Of a stretch of DNA of 64,000 bases, positions 10,905 through 24,714 are shown piece by piece. Numbering within the stretch: position 1 is the first letter of the stretch; every line of letters begins with the position of its first letter. Position numbers and translations under genes: made by a program. The stretch is taken from contig JASTWF010000369.1 in the NCBI GenBank assembly GCA_030390025.1, forward strand, positions 372,001 through 436,000, in the 5' to 3' direction. Source of the DNA: Squalus acanthias (lineage: Eukaryota). The notes beneath the pieces were generated by a model. It saw only the letters and a list, made by a program, of their open reading frames with translations. It ran no database searches and was not told the DNA's origin.

Positions 10905-13900
10905 GTGGCAGTCAATGTAACCTGGACTAAACACGAGGCAGTCAGGGAAACCTGGACTAAACACGAGTCCAGTCAGTGTAACCCGGACTAAACACGGGGC
11001 AGTCAGTGTAACCCGGACTAAACACGGGGCAGTCAGTGTAAACCGGACTAAACACGGGGCAGTCAGTGTAACCCGGACTAAACACGGGGCAGTCATTGTA
11101 TCCAGGACTAAACACGGGGGCAGTCAGTGTATCCCGGACTAAACACGCAGCAGTCAGTGTAACCCGGACTAAACAAGAGGGCAGTCAGTGCAACCTGGAC
11201 TAAACACGGGGCAGTCGGTGCATCCTGGACTAAACACGGGGCAGTCAGTGTAACCCGGACTAAACATGGGGCAGTCAGTGTAACCCGGACTAAACACGGG
11301 GCAGCCATTGTATCCAGGACTTAACACGGGGGCAGTCAGTGTAACCCGGACTAAACAAGAGGGCAGTCAGTGTAACCCGGACTAAGCAAGAGGGCAGTCA
11401 GTGCAACCTGGACTAAACAGGGAGCAGTCGGTGTAACCCGGACTAAACACGGGGCAGTCAGTGTAATCCGGACTAAACACGGGGCAGCCATTGTATCCAG
11501 GACTTAACACGGGGGCAGTCAGTGTAACCCGGACTAAACAGGGGGCAGTCAGTGTATCCCGGACTAAACATGGGGCAGTCAGTGTAACCCGGTCTAAACA
11601 GGGGGCAGTCAGTGTATCCCAGAATAAACATGGGGCAGTCAGTGTAACCCGGACTAAACACGAGGCAGTCAGTGTAACCCAGACTAAACACGGGACAGTC
11701 AGTGTAACCCGGACTAAACACGGGGCAGTCAGTGTAACCCAGACTAAACACGGGACAGTCAGTGTAACCCAGACTAAACACGGGGCAGTCAGTGTAACCC
11801 AGACTAAACACGGGGCAGTCAGTGTAACCCGGACTAAACACGAGGCAGTCAGTGTAACCCGGACTAAACACGGGGCAGTCAGTGTAACCCAGACTAAACA
11901 CGAGGCAGTCAGTGTAACCCAGACTAAACACGGGGCAGTCAGTGTAACCCAGACTAAACACGGGGCAGTCAGTGTAACCCGGACTAAACACGAGGCAGTC
12001 AGTGTAACCCGGACTAAACACGGGGCAGTCAGTGTAACCCGGACTAAACACGAGGCAGTCAGTGTAACCCGGACTAAACACGGGACAGTCAGTGTAATCC
12101 AGACTAAACACGGGGCAGTCAGTGTAACCCGGACTAAACACGAGGCAGTCAGTGTTACCCGGACTAAACACGGGGCAGTCAGTGTAAACCGGACTAAACA
12201 CGAGGCAGTCAGTGTAACCCGGACTAAACACGAGGGCAGTCAGTGTAACCCGGACTAAACACGGGGCAGTCAGTGTAACCCGGACTAAACACGGGGCAGT
12301 CAGTGTAACCCGGACTAAACAAGAGGGCAGTCAGTGTAACCCAGACTAAACACGGGACAGTCAGTGTATCCAGGACTAAACATGGGGCAGTCATTACAAC
12401 CCGGACTAAACATGGGGCAGACAGTGTAACCCAGACTAAATATGGGACAGTCAGCTTAACCCGGACTAAACATGGGGCAGTCAGTGTAACCCGGACTGAA
12501 CAGGGGCAGTCAGTGTAACCCGGACTAAACACGGGGCAGTCAGTGTAACCCAGACTAAACACGGGGCAGTCACTGTAACCCAGATTAAACAGGGGCAGTC
12601 AGTGTAACCCGGACTAAATATGTGGCAGTCAGTGTAACCCGGACTAAACACGGGGCAGTCAGTGTAACCCGGACTAAACACGGGGCAGTCAGTGTAACCC
12701 GGACTAAACAACAGGGCAGTCATTGTATCCAGGACTAAACACGGGGGCAGTCAGTGTATCCTGGACTAAACATGGGGCAGTCATTATAACCCGGACTAAA
12801 CATGGGGCAGTCAGTGTAACCCGGACTAAATATGGGACAGTCAGTGTAACCCGGACTAAACATGGGGCAGTCAGTGTAACCCGGACTAAACATGGGGCAG
12901 TCAGTGTAACCCGGACTAAATATGGGACAGTCAGTGTAACCCAGACTAAACAGGGGCAGTCTGTGTAACCCGGACTAAATATGTGGCAGTCAGTGTAACC
13001 CGAACTAAACACTGGGCAGTCAGTGTAACCGGGACTAAACACGGGGCAGTAAGTGTAACCCGGACAAAACACGTGGAAGTCAGTGTAACCCGGACTAAAT
13101 AAGAGGGCAGTCGTTTTAACTCGGACTAAACACGGAGCAGTCGGTGTAACCCGGACTAAACACGGGGTATTCAGTGTATCCAGGACTAAACACGGGGGCA
13201 GTCGGTGTAACCCGAACTAAACATGGGGCAGTCACTGTAACCCGGACTAAGCACGGGACAGTCAGTGTAACCCAGACTGAACACAAGACAGTCAGTGTAT
13301 CCCGGATTAAACACAGTACAGTCAGTGTAATCCGGACTAAACACGAGACAGTCAGTGTAACCCCGACTAAACACGGGACAGTCAGTGTATCCCGGACTAA
13401 ACATGGGGGCAGTCAGTGTATCCCGGACTAAACACGGGGGCAGTCGGTGTATCCCGGACTAAACACGGGGCAGTCGGTGTATCCTGAACTAAACACGGGG
13501 CAGTCAGTGTAACCCGGACTAAACACGGGACAGTCAGTGTATCCCGGACTAAATACGGGACAGTCAGTGTTACCCGGACTAAACACGAGACAGTCAGTGT
13601 AACCCCGACTAAACACGGGACAGTCAGTGTATCCCGGACTAAACATGGGGGCAGTCAGTGTATCCCGGACTAATCATGGGGGCAGTCACTGTATCCCGGA
13701 CTAAACACAGGGCAGTCGGTGTATCCCGGACTAAACACGGGGGCAGTCGGTGTATCCCGAACTAAACACAGGGCAGTCGGTGTATCCCGGACTAAACACG
13801 GGGGCAGTCGGTGTATCCCGGACTAAACACGGGGACAGTCGGTGTATCCCAGACTAAACATGGGGCAGTTAGTGTATCCTGGACTAAACACGGGGCAGTT

Positions 13901-14250
13901 AGTGTATCCCAGACTAAACACGGGGCAGTCAGAGTAACCCGGTCTAAACACGGGGCAGTCAGAGTAACCTGGACTAAACACGGGTCAGTTGGTATATCCC
14001 AGACAAAACACGGGGTAGTTGGTATATCCCGTACTGAACACGGGGCAGTCAGAGTAACCCGGACTAAACATGGGGCAGTCGGTGTATCCCGGACTAAACA
14101 CCGGGAAGTTGGTATATCCCGGACTAAATATGGGATAGTCAGTCTAACCCGGACTAAACACGGGGCAGTCGGTGTATCCCGGACTAAACACGGGGCAGTC
14201 AGTGTATCCCGGACTAAACACGGGGCAGTCAGTCTAACCCGGACTAAACG
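10905..14250. repeat. 30-bp minisatellite, ~110 copies (GGGGCAGTCAGTGTAACCCGGACTAAACAC)
   Basis: Directly visible 30-nt periodicity with occasional 29/31-nt units. Lies in the leader-alpha1 intron of gene A. Confidence 0.97.
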
Positions 14251-14322
14251 CGGGTCTAATACGTTGTTCTCGATGGCGGTCATGTCGTGCAATAATGAAT
14301 ATAGCCGCACAATTCGACTTAC

Positions 14323-14374
14323 CAGGAACCAGCCTTTGAAAAAAGTAAAGGCTCAGTAAAGCAAAGAGGAACAT
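14323..14374 (-). CDS. Signal-peptide (leader) exon of MHC class I-like gene A
   Basis: ATG TTC CTC ... GTT CCT G|gtaagt encodes MFLFALLSLYFFQRLVP plus a phase-1 G, which splices in frame to 6034 (G+AG = E). A pyrimidine-rich cag acceptor at 14402-14404 suggests an upstream 5'UTR exon. Confidence 0.75.
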
Positions 14375-15164
14375 GTTTCAGGGAGTCACTCAGTTAAAAC
14401 CCTGCACAGCGAGACGGGAAGATTTTGTCGTTGTCCGAACACCGCCCACATTATTCTGCTTATCTCGTTCAGTGAAACTCATTATATCCAATGGGAAATA
14501 AATCACCTCCCGTCACTGGGGAGGGAATCTCTGGCTCTATTCCCAGCATTAGGAACTGCGGGCAGAATTGGTTAGAAAAGAAAACACTGGTCAATGACAA
14601 AGACTTGAAACTGGAGGAAGACTGGGACACAAATTGAAAGCACCGGCGAGAATATTTCCCACTGAACCTGATCGGTAGTGATTATAGAGCTGGCTGTTAA
14701 AAGCAGCAGCAATCTCCAATCCTGTGTTTGCACCTTCTCAGAACAGGGGCAAACCTCACTGGCAAATACAGCCTCGCCTTGTTAAGGTCAATGAAAGGCC
14801 AATCACAGGCTGTGTGATAGAAAGTTTACAAGCCACACGATTTGAAAATTCAACCCTCCTCCCTTTCAGTGGCGGTGTAAATCTATCTGCTGTGAACAGA
14901 TTGAGGATCTGCTAAGGTAGTGAAAAGAGGAATTTCAGACCAAGCTACAAATACACTTGTTGATTGACTCCTATCACTCGCTGTACGCTGTACATTTTCT
15001 GCCTAAAATTACTGTTGGCAATATTAGTGAGACATGTTACTGTCCACTGCTGTAACACAGGTGATATCCCACTTGTTTTAAACAGGCTGCACCTTTAAAA
15101 TAACAGGCAAAAGAATGTTATACCAACATGTTCAGCATTTCACCTCCAACATCCCCAATATTAA

Positions 15165-18100
15165 TCTAGGAACAGGAGGAGGCCATTCAGCCCCTCAAGC
15201 CTTTTTCCGCCATTCAAGTAGATCATGGCTGATCTGTGTTTTAACTCCATCCAATCATGGAATGATACAGCACAGACGGAGGCCATTCGGCCCATTGTGC
15301 CTGTGTCTGCTCTTTGGTAGAACGAGCCAATGATTCCCACTCACCTACTCTTTCCCCATAGATCTATATTTCTGTTTTCCCTCTAAGTATTTGTCAAATT
15401 CAATTTTCAAAGTTCCTGTTAAATCTGCTTCCACCTCCCTTTCATTCAGTGAATTCCAGATCACAACAACTCGCTGCGTAAATAGTGTTTCCTCATGTCG
15501 AATCTGGTTCTTTTTCCAATCACCTTAAATCTGTGTCCTCTGGTTATCGACCCTACTGCAACTAGAAACAGTTTCTCCTGATTTACTCTATCAAAACCGT
15601 ACATCATTTTGAACACCTCTATCAAAGCTCCTCTTAACCTTTTCTGCTCTAAGGAGAAAAACCGCAGCTTCTCCAGACTCACCACATAACTAAAGTCCCT
15701 CATCCCTGGTACCATTCTAGTAAATCTCTTCTGCACCCTCTCCAAGGCCCTGACATACTTCCTAAAGTGTGGTGCCCAGAATTGAACACAATATTCCAGC
15801 TGAGGCCTAATCAGTGTTCTATAAAGTTTTCGCTTAACTGCGTTCCTTTTGTACTCTATTCCTTGATTAATAAAGCCAAATGATTACTTCTTTTTTAACA
15901 GCATTCTCAACTTGTCCTGCCACCTTTAAAGTTGTGTGTACATACACCTCATGTTCTCTATTCCTGCAGCCCCTTTAAATTGTACCATTTAGTTTTATTG
16001 CCTCTCCTCATTCTTCCTACCAAAATGTATCACTTCTGTGCTTCAAATTTAATCTGCCATGTGTCTGCCCATTTCATCAGTCTGTCTATGTCCTCCAGAA
16101 GTCTGTTACTATCCTCCTCATTGTTCATTACATTTCCGAGTTTCGTATCATCTGCAAACTTTGAAATTCTGCCCTGTATACCCAATTCTTGGTCATTAAT
16201 AAATATCAAAAAGAGCAGTGGTCCTAATACCGTCCCCTGGGGGACACCACTGTATATTTCCCTCCAGTCTGAAAAGCCACCATTCACCGCTACATTCTGC
16301 TTTCTATCCCTTAGACTATTTTGTATCCATGCTGCCACTGTCCCTATAATCCTATGTACTTTAAATTTGCTAACAAGTGTATTATGAGCTATTTTGTCCA
16401 ACACCTTTTGAAAGTCCATATACACAACATCAACCCTCATCAACCCTCTCCGATACTTGCTCAAATAACTCGATCAAGTTAGCCAAACACAATTGCCTTT
16501 AACAAATCCATGCTGCCTTTCATTTATTAGTCCATACTTTTCCAAATCCCATTTAATGGTGTCCCAGATTATTGTCTCTAAAAGTTTCGCCACCACGGTG
16601 AGCCTTTAGTTGCCAGGTTTATCCTTCTCTCCCTTCTAAAACAGGGCTGTAACATTTGCAATCCCCCACTACTCTGGCACCACCCCCATATCTATAGATT
16701 GTGGCCAGGGCCTCCGCAATTTCCACCCTTACTTCCCTCAGTAACATAGGATGCATCCCATCTGGACCAGGTGACTTTTCTACTTTAAGCACTGCCAACC
16801 TTTTAATTAACTCTTCTTTATCTATTTTTTATCTTTCCAATAGCACTACGGCCTCCTCCTTTACTGCTACATTGGCAGCATCCTCTATCCTGTGAAGACA
16901 GATGCAAAGTAATCATTTACTATCTCAATTATGTCCCTGCCTCTACAAGAATATCTCTTTTGTTGTCCCATCCTTTGACTACCCTTTTACTCTTTATATG
17001 TTTAGAAAATACTTTTGGGTTCACTTTGATGTTAGCTGCTAATCTATTCTCATGCTCTCCCTTTGCCTTCTTATTCCTTATTTAGATCTCCTCTGTACTA
17101 TCGGTATTCAGCTTGGTTCCCTACTGTATTTTGAACCTGACATTTGTCATCGGCTCCTTTTGATGTCTCATTTTAATCTTTACATCTTTAGTCATCCAGG
17201 GAGCTCGAGCTTTGGAAGCCCATCCTTCCCCGCCACCCCCCCCCCCCCCCCCCGCCCCTTGATGGAATGTGTCTAATCTATACCCAGCTTTGAAGGCCTC
17301 CCAATGTTTAATTACTGTTTTGCCTGCAAATTTTTGATTCAATCCACTGGGCAAGATTCCTTTTCAACTTACTGAAGTTACCCCTCCTCCAGTTAATTAT
17401 TTTTATGCTTGATTGTTCCTTTTCCTTTGCCATAAAGCTAATGATATTATGATCACTGTTCCCCAAGTACTCCCCCACTGATAGATTCTCCATTTGCCCC
17501 ACTTAATTCCCCAGAACTAGATCCAGCTCTCTACCTCATTGGGCTCGAAACACACTGATTAAGAAAGGTCGTTTGTACAGATATCAGTAATTCCCACCAC
17601 CTTTTTGCCCTTTACTCTGTTACTATCCCAGTCTATATTAGGAAAATTGAAGTCCCCCATTATCACTACCCTATAGTTCTTTTATTTTTCTATAATTTGC
17701 CTGAAGATTTGCTCTTCAATCTCCTTTCCACTATTTGGTGGCCTATAGTATACACCCAATAGCGTAATAGGTCATCTTCCTTAACGCTAACCCAATAGAT
17801 TCTGTCTTTGACCCCTCAACTACATCAACCCCCTCCAGTGCTACAATAGCTTATTTGATCAATACTGCCACCCCTCCCTTTTTTCCTTCCCTTTCTTTCC
17901 TGAATTCCATGTGGTGATTTGTGCCTGCAGTTCACCAACTTTATTTACCAAGCTACGTCCATTTATGCACATGCACTCCAAACCCATCTTAGACTGCCTA
18001 GCATTGCCCTGTCTTATCCCCCCGATTTCTGAACTACCCTTTACTCTAGTGCTATTAGTCTTTCCAATTCCTCTGTGCACCTTGTTTCTCCTCTCTAATG

Positions 18101-18530
18101 TTTCACCCAGGTGCCCATCGTCCTGCCAACTTAGTTTAAAACCTCTGCCACAGAACTAGTTATCCTTCCCACAACGGCATTGGTCCCAGCACTGTTGAGG
18201 TGCAACTCCGTCCACCTAGAATAGGCTCCTCCTGCCTCAGAACTGATTCAATTGCCCCAGGAATCTGAAGTCCTCCCTCCAGCATCATTTCTCAAGTCAT
18301 GAGTTAACCTGTCTTATCCTACTATTACTATACTCACTAGCACTGTGGCACTGGAGGAATCCAGAGATAACTACCTTTCAGGTCCTGCTCTTTAATTTCC
18401 TGCTGAGCTCTGAAACTCTGACTGCAGGACCTCAGCCCTTTTCCTTCATGTTTCATTGGTTCCCACATAGACCACGACATCTGGCTGTTCCCTTTCCCCG
18501 CTCCAAATGTTCTGCACCCTCTCAGTGATG
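15165..18530 (-). mobile_element. Degraded CR1 LINE (ORF1 esterase remnant + ORF2)
   Basis: Minus ORFs with ERVQKRFTRMVPG, GVPQGTVLGP/FADD, SDHN and CINGRSL. Confidence 0.9.
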
Positions 18531-18656
18531 TTCCCGCCTTGGTTCTGTAACCTGCAATAACCTTGCCTAACAAAAATCTATCACTCTCAGTTTTGTCATT
18601 TTCAATTGACCCCTAGCTTCAACAGCATTTTTGGGGAGAGAGTTCCAGATTATTCA

Positions 18657-20025
18657 TAAGTGGTAGGGAAATTATTGGAACAAATTCTGATGGACAGAAT
18701 TAGTCTCCAATTGGAGAGGCATGGATTAATCAAGCATAGTCAGCATGGCTTTGTCAGGGGGATATCATGTCTGACCAATTTGATTGAATTTTTCGAGGGG
18801 GTGACTCGGTGTGTGGATGAGGGTAGTGCAGTTGATGTAGTCTACATGGACTTCAGTAAGGCTTTTGACAAAGTCCCGCATGGGAGACTGGTCAAGAAGT
18901 TAAGAGCCCATGGGATCCAGGGTAATTTGGCGCATTGGATCCAAAATTGGCTGAGTGGCAGGAGGCAGAGGGTGATGGTCGAAGTTTGTTTTTGTGACTG
19001 GAAGCCTGTGTCCAGTGGTGTACTGCAGGGATTGGTGCTGGGTCCCTTGCTGTTTGTAGTGTACATTAATGATTTAGATATGAATGTAGGAGGTATGATC
19101 AGTAAGTTCGCAGATGACACGAAAATTGGTGGAGTGGTAATTAGCGAGGAGGGAAGCCTCAGGCTACAGGACGAAAGAGACGGGTTGGTCAGATGCACAG
19201 AACAGTGGCAAATGGAATGTAACCCTGAAAAGTGTGAGGTGATGCATTTTGGGAGGACTAACAAGGCATGGGGATACACAATGAATGGTGGGACCCTAGG
19301 AAGGACAGAGGATCAGAGGGACCTTGGTGTGAATGTACATAGATCTCTGAAGGCAGCAGGACAGGTAGATAAGGTGGTTAAGAAGGCATATGGGATACTT
19401 GCCTTCATTAGCAGAGGCATAGAATATAAGAGCAGGGCGGTTATGATGGAGCTGTACAAAACGCTTGTTAGGCCACAGCTGGAATACTGTGTGTAGTTCT
19501 GGTCGCCACACTATAGGAAGGACGAGATTGCATTGGAGAGGGTGAAGAGGAGATTCACCAGGATGATATCTGGGCTGGAGCGTTTCAGCTATGAAGAGAG
19601 ACTGGACAGGTTGAGTTTGTTTTCCTTAGAGCAGAGAAGGCTGAGGGGGGACCTGATTGAGGTGTACACAATTATAGGGGGCATAGATAGGGTAGATAGA
19701 AAGGAACTTAGTAGAGGGGATCAATAACCAGGGAGCATAGTTTTAAGGTAAGGGGCAGGAGGTTTAGAGGGGATTTGAGGAAAATATTTTTCACCCAGAG
19801 GGTGGTTGGAACCTGGAACTCACTGCCTGAAAGGGTGGTAGAGGCAGGAACCCTCACAACATTCAAGAAGCAATTAGATGAGCACTTGAAACGCCATGGC
19901 ATACAAGGCTACGGACCAAGTGCTGGAGAATGGGATTAGGATAGACAGGGCTTGATGGCCGGTGCAGACACGATGGGCCGAAGGCCTCTTTCTGTGCTGT
20001 ATAACTCTATGACTCTATGACTCTA
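18657..20025 (+). mobile_element. 5'-truncated CR1 LINE nested in an older minus-strand CR1
   Basis: 278-aa RT ORF 18660-19496, same subfamily as 7220-10222. Host sequence gagttccagatt|gccactaacc resumes across the insertion. Confidence 0.93.
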
Positions 20026-21130
20026 TTGCCACTAACCTTCATGTGAAGAAGTGCTTTCTGTACTTCGCCCCTGAATGGTCTAGCTCTAATTTTAATGTTA
20101 TGCCACCTTGTTCAGGACTCCCACCAGGTGAAATAGTTTCTCTCTATCTACCCTGTCAAATCATTTAATCATCTTGAACACCTCAGTTAGATCACCCGTT
20201 AATATTTAATAAAGGGAACACAAACCTAGACTATGCAACCTGTCCTCATGATGCAATCCTTTGTTGCTTCGGTATCATTCTGGAGAATCTGCATTGCATC
20301 CCCACCAAGGCCAAGATATCCTTTCTGAGGTGCTGTGCCCAGAAGTGAACGCAATAATCCAGATGGGGTCTAACCAGAGCTCTGTACAGCTGTAACATAA
20401 CTTCCACCCCCTTGTATTCCATCCCTGTTGAGGTAAAGGCCAACATTCCATGAGCTTTTAAAATATTTGTTTCTACCTGTCCACTAGCTTGTCGTCATTT
20501 CAGTACTTGGACCCCTAAATCTCTCTGCTCATCCACAGTTTCTAGCTTCTCGGTCTCTGATCGCTCTTACTTATGTCCAAGGTGGATGACCTCACATTTC
20601 CCCAAATTGAAGTCCACCTACCACAGTTTTTCCCACTAACTTAATCTCTCAATGTCCCTTTGCAACTTTCTGCTCCAATCTTCACTATTTACTGTGTGAC
20701 CTAAATTGGTGTCATCAGCAAGCATGGATATATAGCTCTCTATTCCTTCATTCAAGTCATTTAGAATTATAATGAAAATCTGAGGTCCCACTAGTCACAT
20801 CCTGCCAATCTGAGTACATACCCAATATCTCTAGTCTCTGTCTCCTACCTCCTAATCAATTCTCTATCCAACCCAATAGGTTGCCTCCAATTCGGTGCTC
20901 TCTCATTTTTGTTACCAGTCTCCTTTGTGGAGCCTTGTCGAATGCCTTCTGGAAGTCCATATAAATAACATCCATAGACAATAACTTACCTACCATGTTA
21001 GTTACCTCCTCACAAAATTCAACTAGCTTCATTAGGCATGACTTACCATTTACAAATACATGCTGGCTCTCTCTGCTCAGCTCATATTAGTCCAAATTCT
21101 CAATCAGTCAGTGTCCTAATAACAAATTCC
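20026..21130 (-). mobile_element. Old CR1 LINE (host of the previous insertion; its 3' part is at ~18530-18652)
   Basis: LQLYRALVRPHLDYCVHFW and decayed RT motifs. Confidence 0.85.
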
Positions 21131-22261
21131 TGGACGTAGCTTTCAGAATATTCACTGAAAATGCAATTCTCCAGTATAAAAATGTTTGTTCACTGCAGGA
21201 ACTACCAGTTAGCCTTACAATCTCCATCAGAAGGTGGCTGCTCACATCATCTCGGCCTTGTCTAATTTGCCACAGTGTGTTTTTGAGCCAAGACCTTACC
21301 CTACATATACTCCAGCAAACCCTTCATTGTACCCTTGAATGAGTGGAGGAGGGTCTTTCTATATCAGTTGAAAACCATTGTTGCAGATAATATCTCCGAT
21401 CGTAATGTTCTCTGAACACGGCCAGGTGAGGCCAAAGGAACTGAGAGTCAAGCATCATGACGTCGTGCCTAATGCTGCTTGTGTATATTGGAGGACGAGG
21501 ACAGTTATGTCCCTGAGCAGGGCAGGAATAGGAAGCGCAGTTTCGCCAGCTTTTATTCTGAAATGTGCTCAGGCCGTGCAGTTTTTCAGAATTGGTGTTT
21601 AACAAGGCCTTAACAGGGCGAACACAATTTACACAAAAATTGCGACTCCTGCAGTGAACAGCAAAGAGACTTCCATCCCATTAACTTAGACTGGATATCA
21701 ACTGAGCACCATGGGATAAAAAACAATTGTAACACTCACTATTCCTGCATACATAGATTTGTATTTCATAACTGCAATTTATGGCCTTTTTTGCGTAAGA
21801 TTCTACAGGGAGGCATCTGGAAATCTACAAAACAACACGATAAAATCTAATTCGAGACAGTACTTTGAACAGTCACGAATCAGTTAAACTTTTATGCTAT
21901 AGTGCTATCAGTCAATGTATTGGTTTTGTTTATCAGGACCCACATGATTTCACTGATTAACCAGTGCTGGCTGTTGGACTTTGTACATGGAAATCTTTCC
22001 CTCACTGTGATATTTCCTTGACAGAAACGTTGAACTGTTTGCATTTGCTTACCCAAATAAACTAATATTTAAATTAAATTCCCAAGCTGATTCTTATAGG
22101 TGTAGAATTTGAATCAAACCAGTTCCATTTTAATCCAGGAACCACTTTTTCACACGAAGTATTGTGAGAATGTGGAACACTGTGCCCAGAAATTCACAGA
22201 CACAGAATTAAGTGAGGTGCTTAGAAAAAAGAAATAGCGACTTCATCTCCCCCCCCCCCCC

Positions 22262-23280
22262 CCATCAGCATATCCTTCCATTCCTGTCCATGTGCTTATT
22301 TCGCTTCCCCTTTAAGTGTTCAATGTTATTCGCCTCATCAACTCCACGTGGCAGCAAGTTCCACATTCTAACCACTCTTTGGGTAAAAAGGTTTCTCCTG
22401 AATGCTTTACTGAATTTACTAGTGACTATCTCATATTTATGGGCTCTGGTTTTGGATTCCTCCACAAGTGGAAACATCTTCTCTGCCTCAACCCCATCAA
22501 ATCCCTTCATAATTTTAAAGACCTCTATCAGGTCACCTCTCAGTCTTCTCTTTTCCAGAGAACAGAGCCCCAGCCTGTTCAGTCTGTCCTGATAGAACTA
22601 ACCTCTCAGTTCTGGTACCATCCTTATCAATCTTTTTTGCAGCTTCTCCAGTGCCTCTATATCCTTTCTGTGATATGGAGATCATAGGTGTACGCAGTAC
22701 TCTGTGTGTGGTCTAACCAACGGTTCTGCACAAGTTCAACATAAATTCCCTGTTTTGCAATTCTACTTCTCTAGAAATTAACCCCAGTGCTTTGTTTTCA
22801 TTTTTATGGCCTTATTAACTTGCATTGCTACTTTTAATGATTTGTGAATTTTTACCCCTATGTCCCTTTGCTCCTCTACCCATTTAGATTCTTATTTTCC
22901 AAAGAGTATCTCGCCTCCTTATTCCTCCTACCAAAATGCACCAACTCACACTTATCTATATCGAAATGCAGTTGCCATTTACACACCCATTATACAAATT
23001 TATGAACATCTTCTTGTTTTGTGTCGTGGTCTTCCTCAGTAATAACTTTAACCCAAATTTAGTGTCATCCACAAGTTTAGAAATTGAACAAATCGTTTCT
23101 GTAAATATTGAACAGCATTGGTCTCAGCACCGATCCCAGTGGAACACCACTTCCCACCTTTGACCAGTCTGATTAACTACCTTTAAACACTATTCACTGT
23201 GTTCTGTTTTGTAGCCAGCTTGATATCCATTCTGCTATTTGTCCCTTGACTCCTTAAGCTCTGTCCTTTTCTCGCACCTT
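22262..23280 (-). mobile_element. Old CR1 LINE fragment
   Basis: FTQRVVRMWNLLP and decayed RT. Confidence 0.85.
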
Positions 23281-23284
23281 TTTC

Positions 23285-24270
23285 ACTGTTTCTTATTAAT
23301 GATCTAGACGAGGGAACTAGATGTAATATCTCCAAGTTTGCAGATGACACAAAGCTGGGTGGGCGTGTGTGTTGTGAGGAGGATGCAGAGAAACTCCAGT
23401 ATGATTTGGACAGGTTGGGTGATTGGGCAGATGCATGGCAGATGCAGTATAATGTGGATAAAGGCGAAGTTATCCACTTTGGTGGCAAAAACAGGAAGGC
23501 AGGTTATTATCTGAACGGCAATAGATTGGGAAAAGTGGAAGTGCAACGAGATCTGGGAGTCGTTGTGCACCAGTCGTTGAAGGTAAGCATGCAGGTGCAG
23601 CAGGCGGTTAAGAAGGCAAATGGTATGTTGGCCTTCATAGCGAGAGGATTCGAGTACAGGAGCAAGGATGTCTTGCTGCAGTTGTACAGGGCCTTGGTAA
23701 GACCACACCTTGAGTATTGTGTGCAGTTTTGGTCGCCTTATCGGAGGAAGGATGTTCTTGCCATGGAGGGAGTGCAGCGAAGATTCACCAGACTGATACC
23801 TGGGATGGCAGGAATGACGTATGAAGAGAGATTGGGACGATTGGGCTTGTATTCGCTAGAGTTTAGAAGAATGAGAGGGGATCTCATTGAAACTTATAAA
23901 ATTCTAATAGGACTAGACAGACTAGATGCAGGAAGGATGTTCCCGATGGCGGGGGAGTCCAGAACCAGGGGTCACAGTCTAAGGATAAGGGATAAGCCAT
24001 TTTGGACTGAGATGAGGAGGAATTTCTTCATCTAGAGAGTGGTGAACCTGTGGAATTCTCTACCACAGAAGGCAGCTGAGGCCAATTCATTAAATATATT
24101 CAAGAAGGATTTAGATATATTTCTTAAGGCTAAAGGGATCAAGGGATATGGGGAGAAAGCAGGGACAGGGTACTGAATTTGGATGATCAGCCATGATCTC
24201 ATTAAATGGCGGAGCAGGCTCGAGGGGCCGAATGGCCTACTCCTGCTCCTATCTTCTATGTTTCTAGGTT
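23285..24270 (+). mobile_element. CR1 LINE 3' part
   Basis: 222-aa ORF 23367-24035 (RT C-terminal region) plus 3'UTR. Confidence 0.93.
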
Positions 24271-24670
24271 TCTATCTTTCTATGTTTCTCTCTGTCCCTG
24301 TTTCCTTCTCTCACTCTCTGTTCCTTCTCTCTCTCTATCTCTCTCTTTACCCTTCTGTCTCTACCCTTGTCTTTTCTGTTTCCTTTTGTCACTCTCTTTT
24401 CTCTCTCTCTGTCTATCCCTATTTTTTTATCTTTCTCTCTCTGCCTCTGCACCAACCTCTCTCCTTCTCTGTCTCTCTCTCTCGCTCTCTCTCTGTCACT
24501 GTCTCGCTCTTCGTCCCTGTGTCTCTTTCAATCCCCCTCTAACTCTCTCTTTCTTTCTCTCCCTGTCCGTATTTTTCTTTCTCTTTTTCTCTTTCCTTTG
24601 CTCTCTCTCTCTCTCTCTCTCTCTCTTTCTGTTTGTACCCACCTCTTTCATTCTCTGTTGTCTCTCTGAT
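24270..24670. repeat. CT-rich low-complexity tract
   Basis: Polypyrimidine (CT)n-like sequence. Confidence 0.9.
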
Positions 24671-24714
24671 TTATTATTCATCGAAATGTATCCTGAAATA
24701 TTTCAGACTCACAG

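Noticed and set aside
10905..14250. V(D)J RSS-like motifs (CAGTG ... ACTAAACAC) in the 30-bp repeat
   Set aside because: No CAC-initiated heptamer at 12- or 23-nt spacing from the nonamer-like word.
10890..14359. Long repetitive ORFs (VFSPGYTDCP / AVSVTRTKHG / CLVRVTLTAP)n
   Set aside because: Artefact of a 30-nt unit that is stop-free in several frames on both strands. Frequent 1-nt indels shift frames, so there is no coding constraint.
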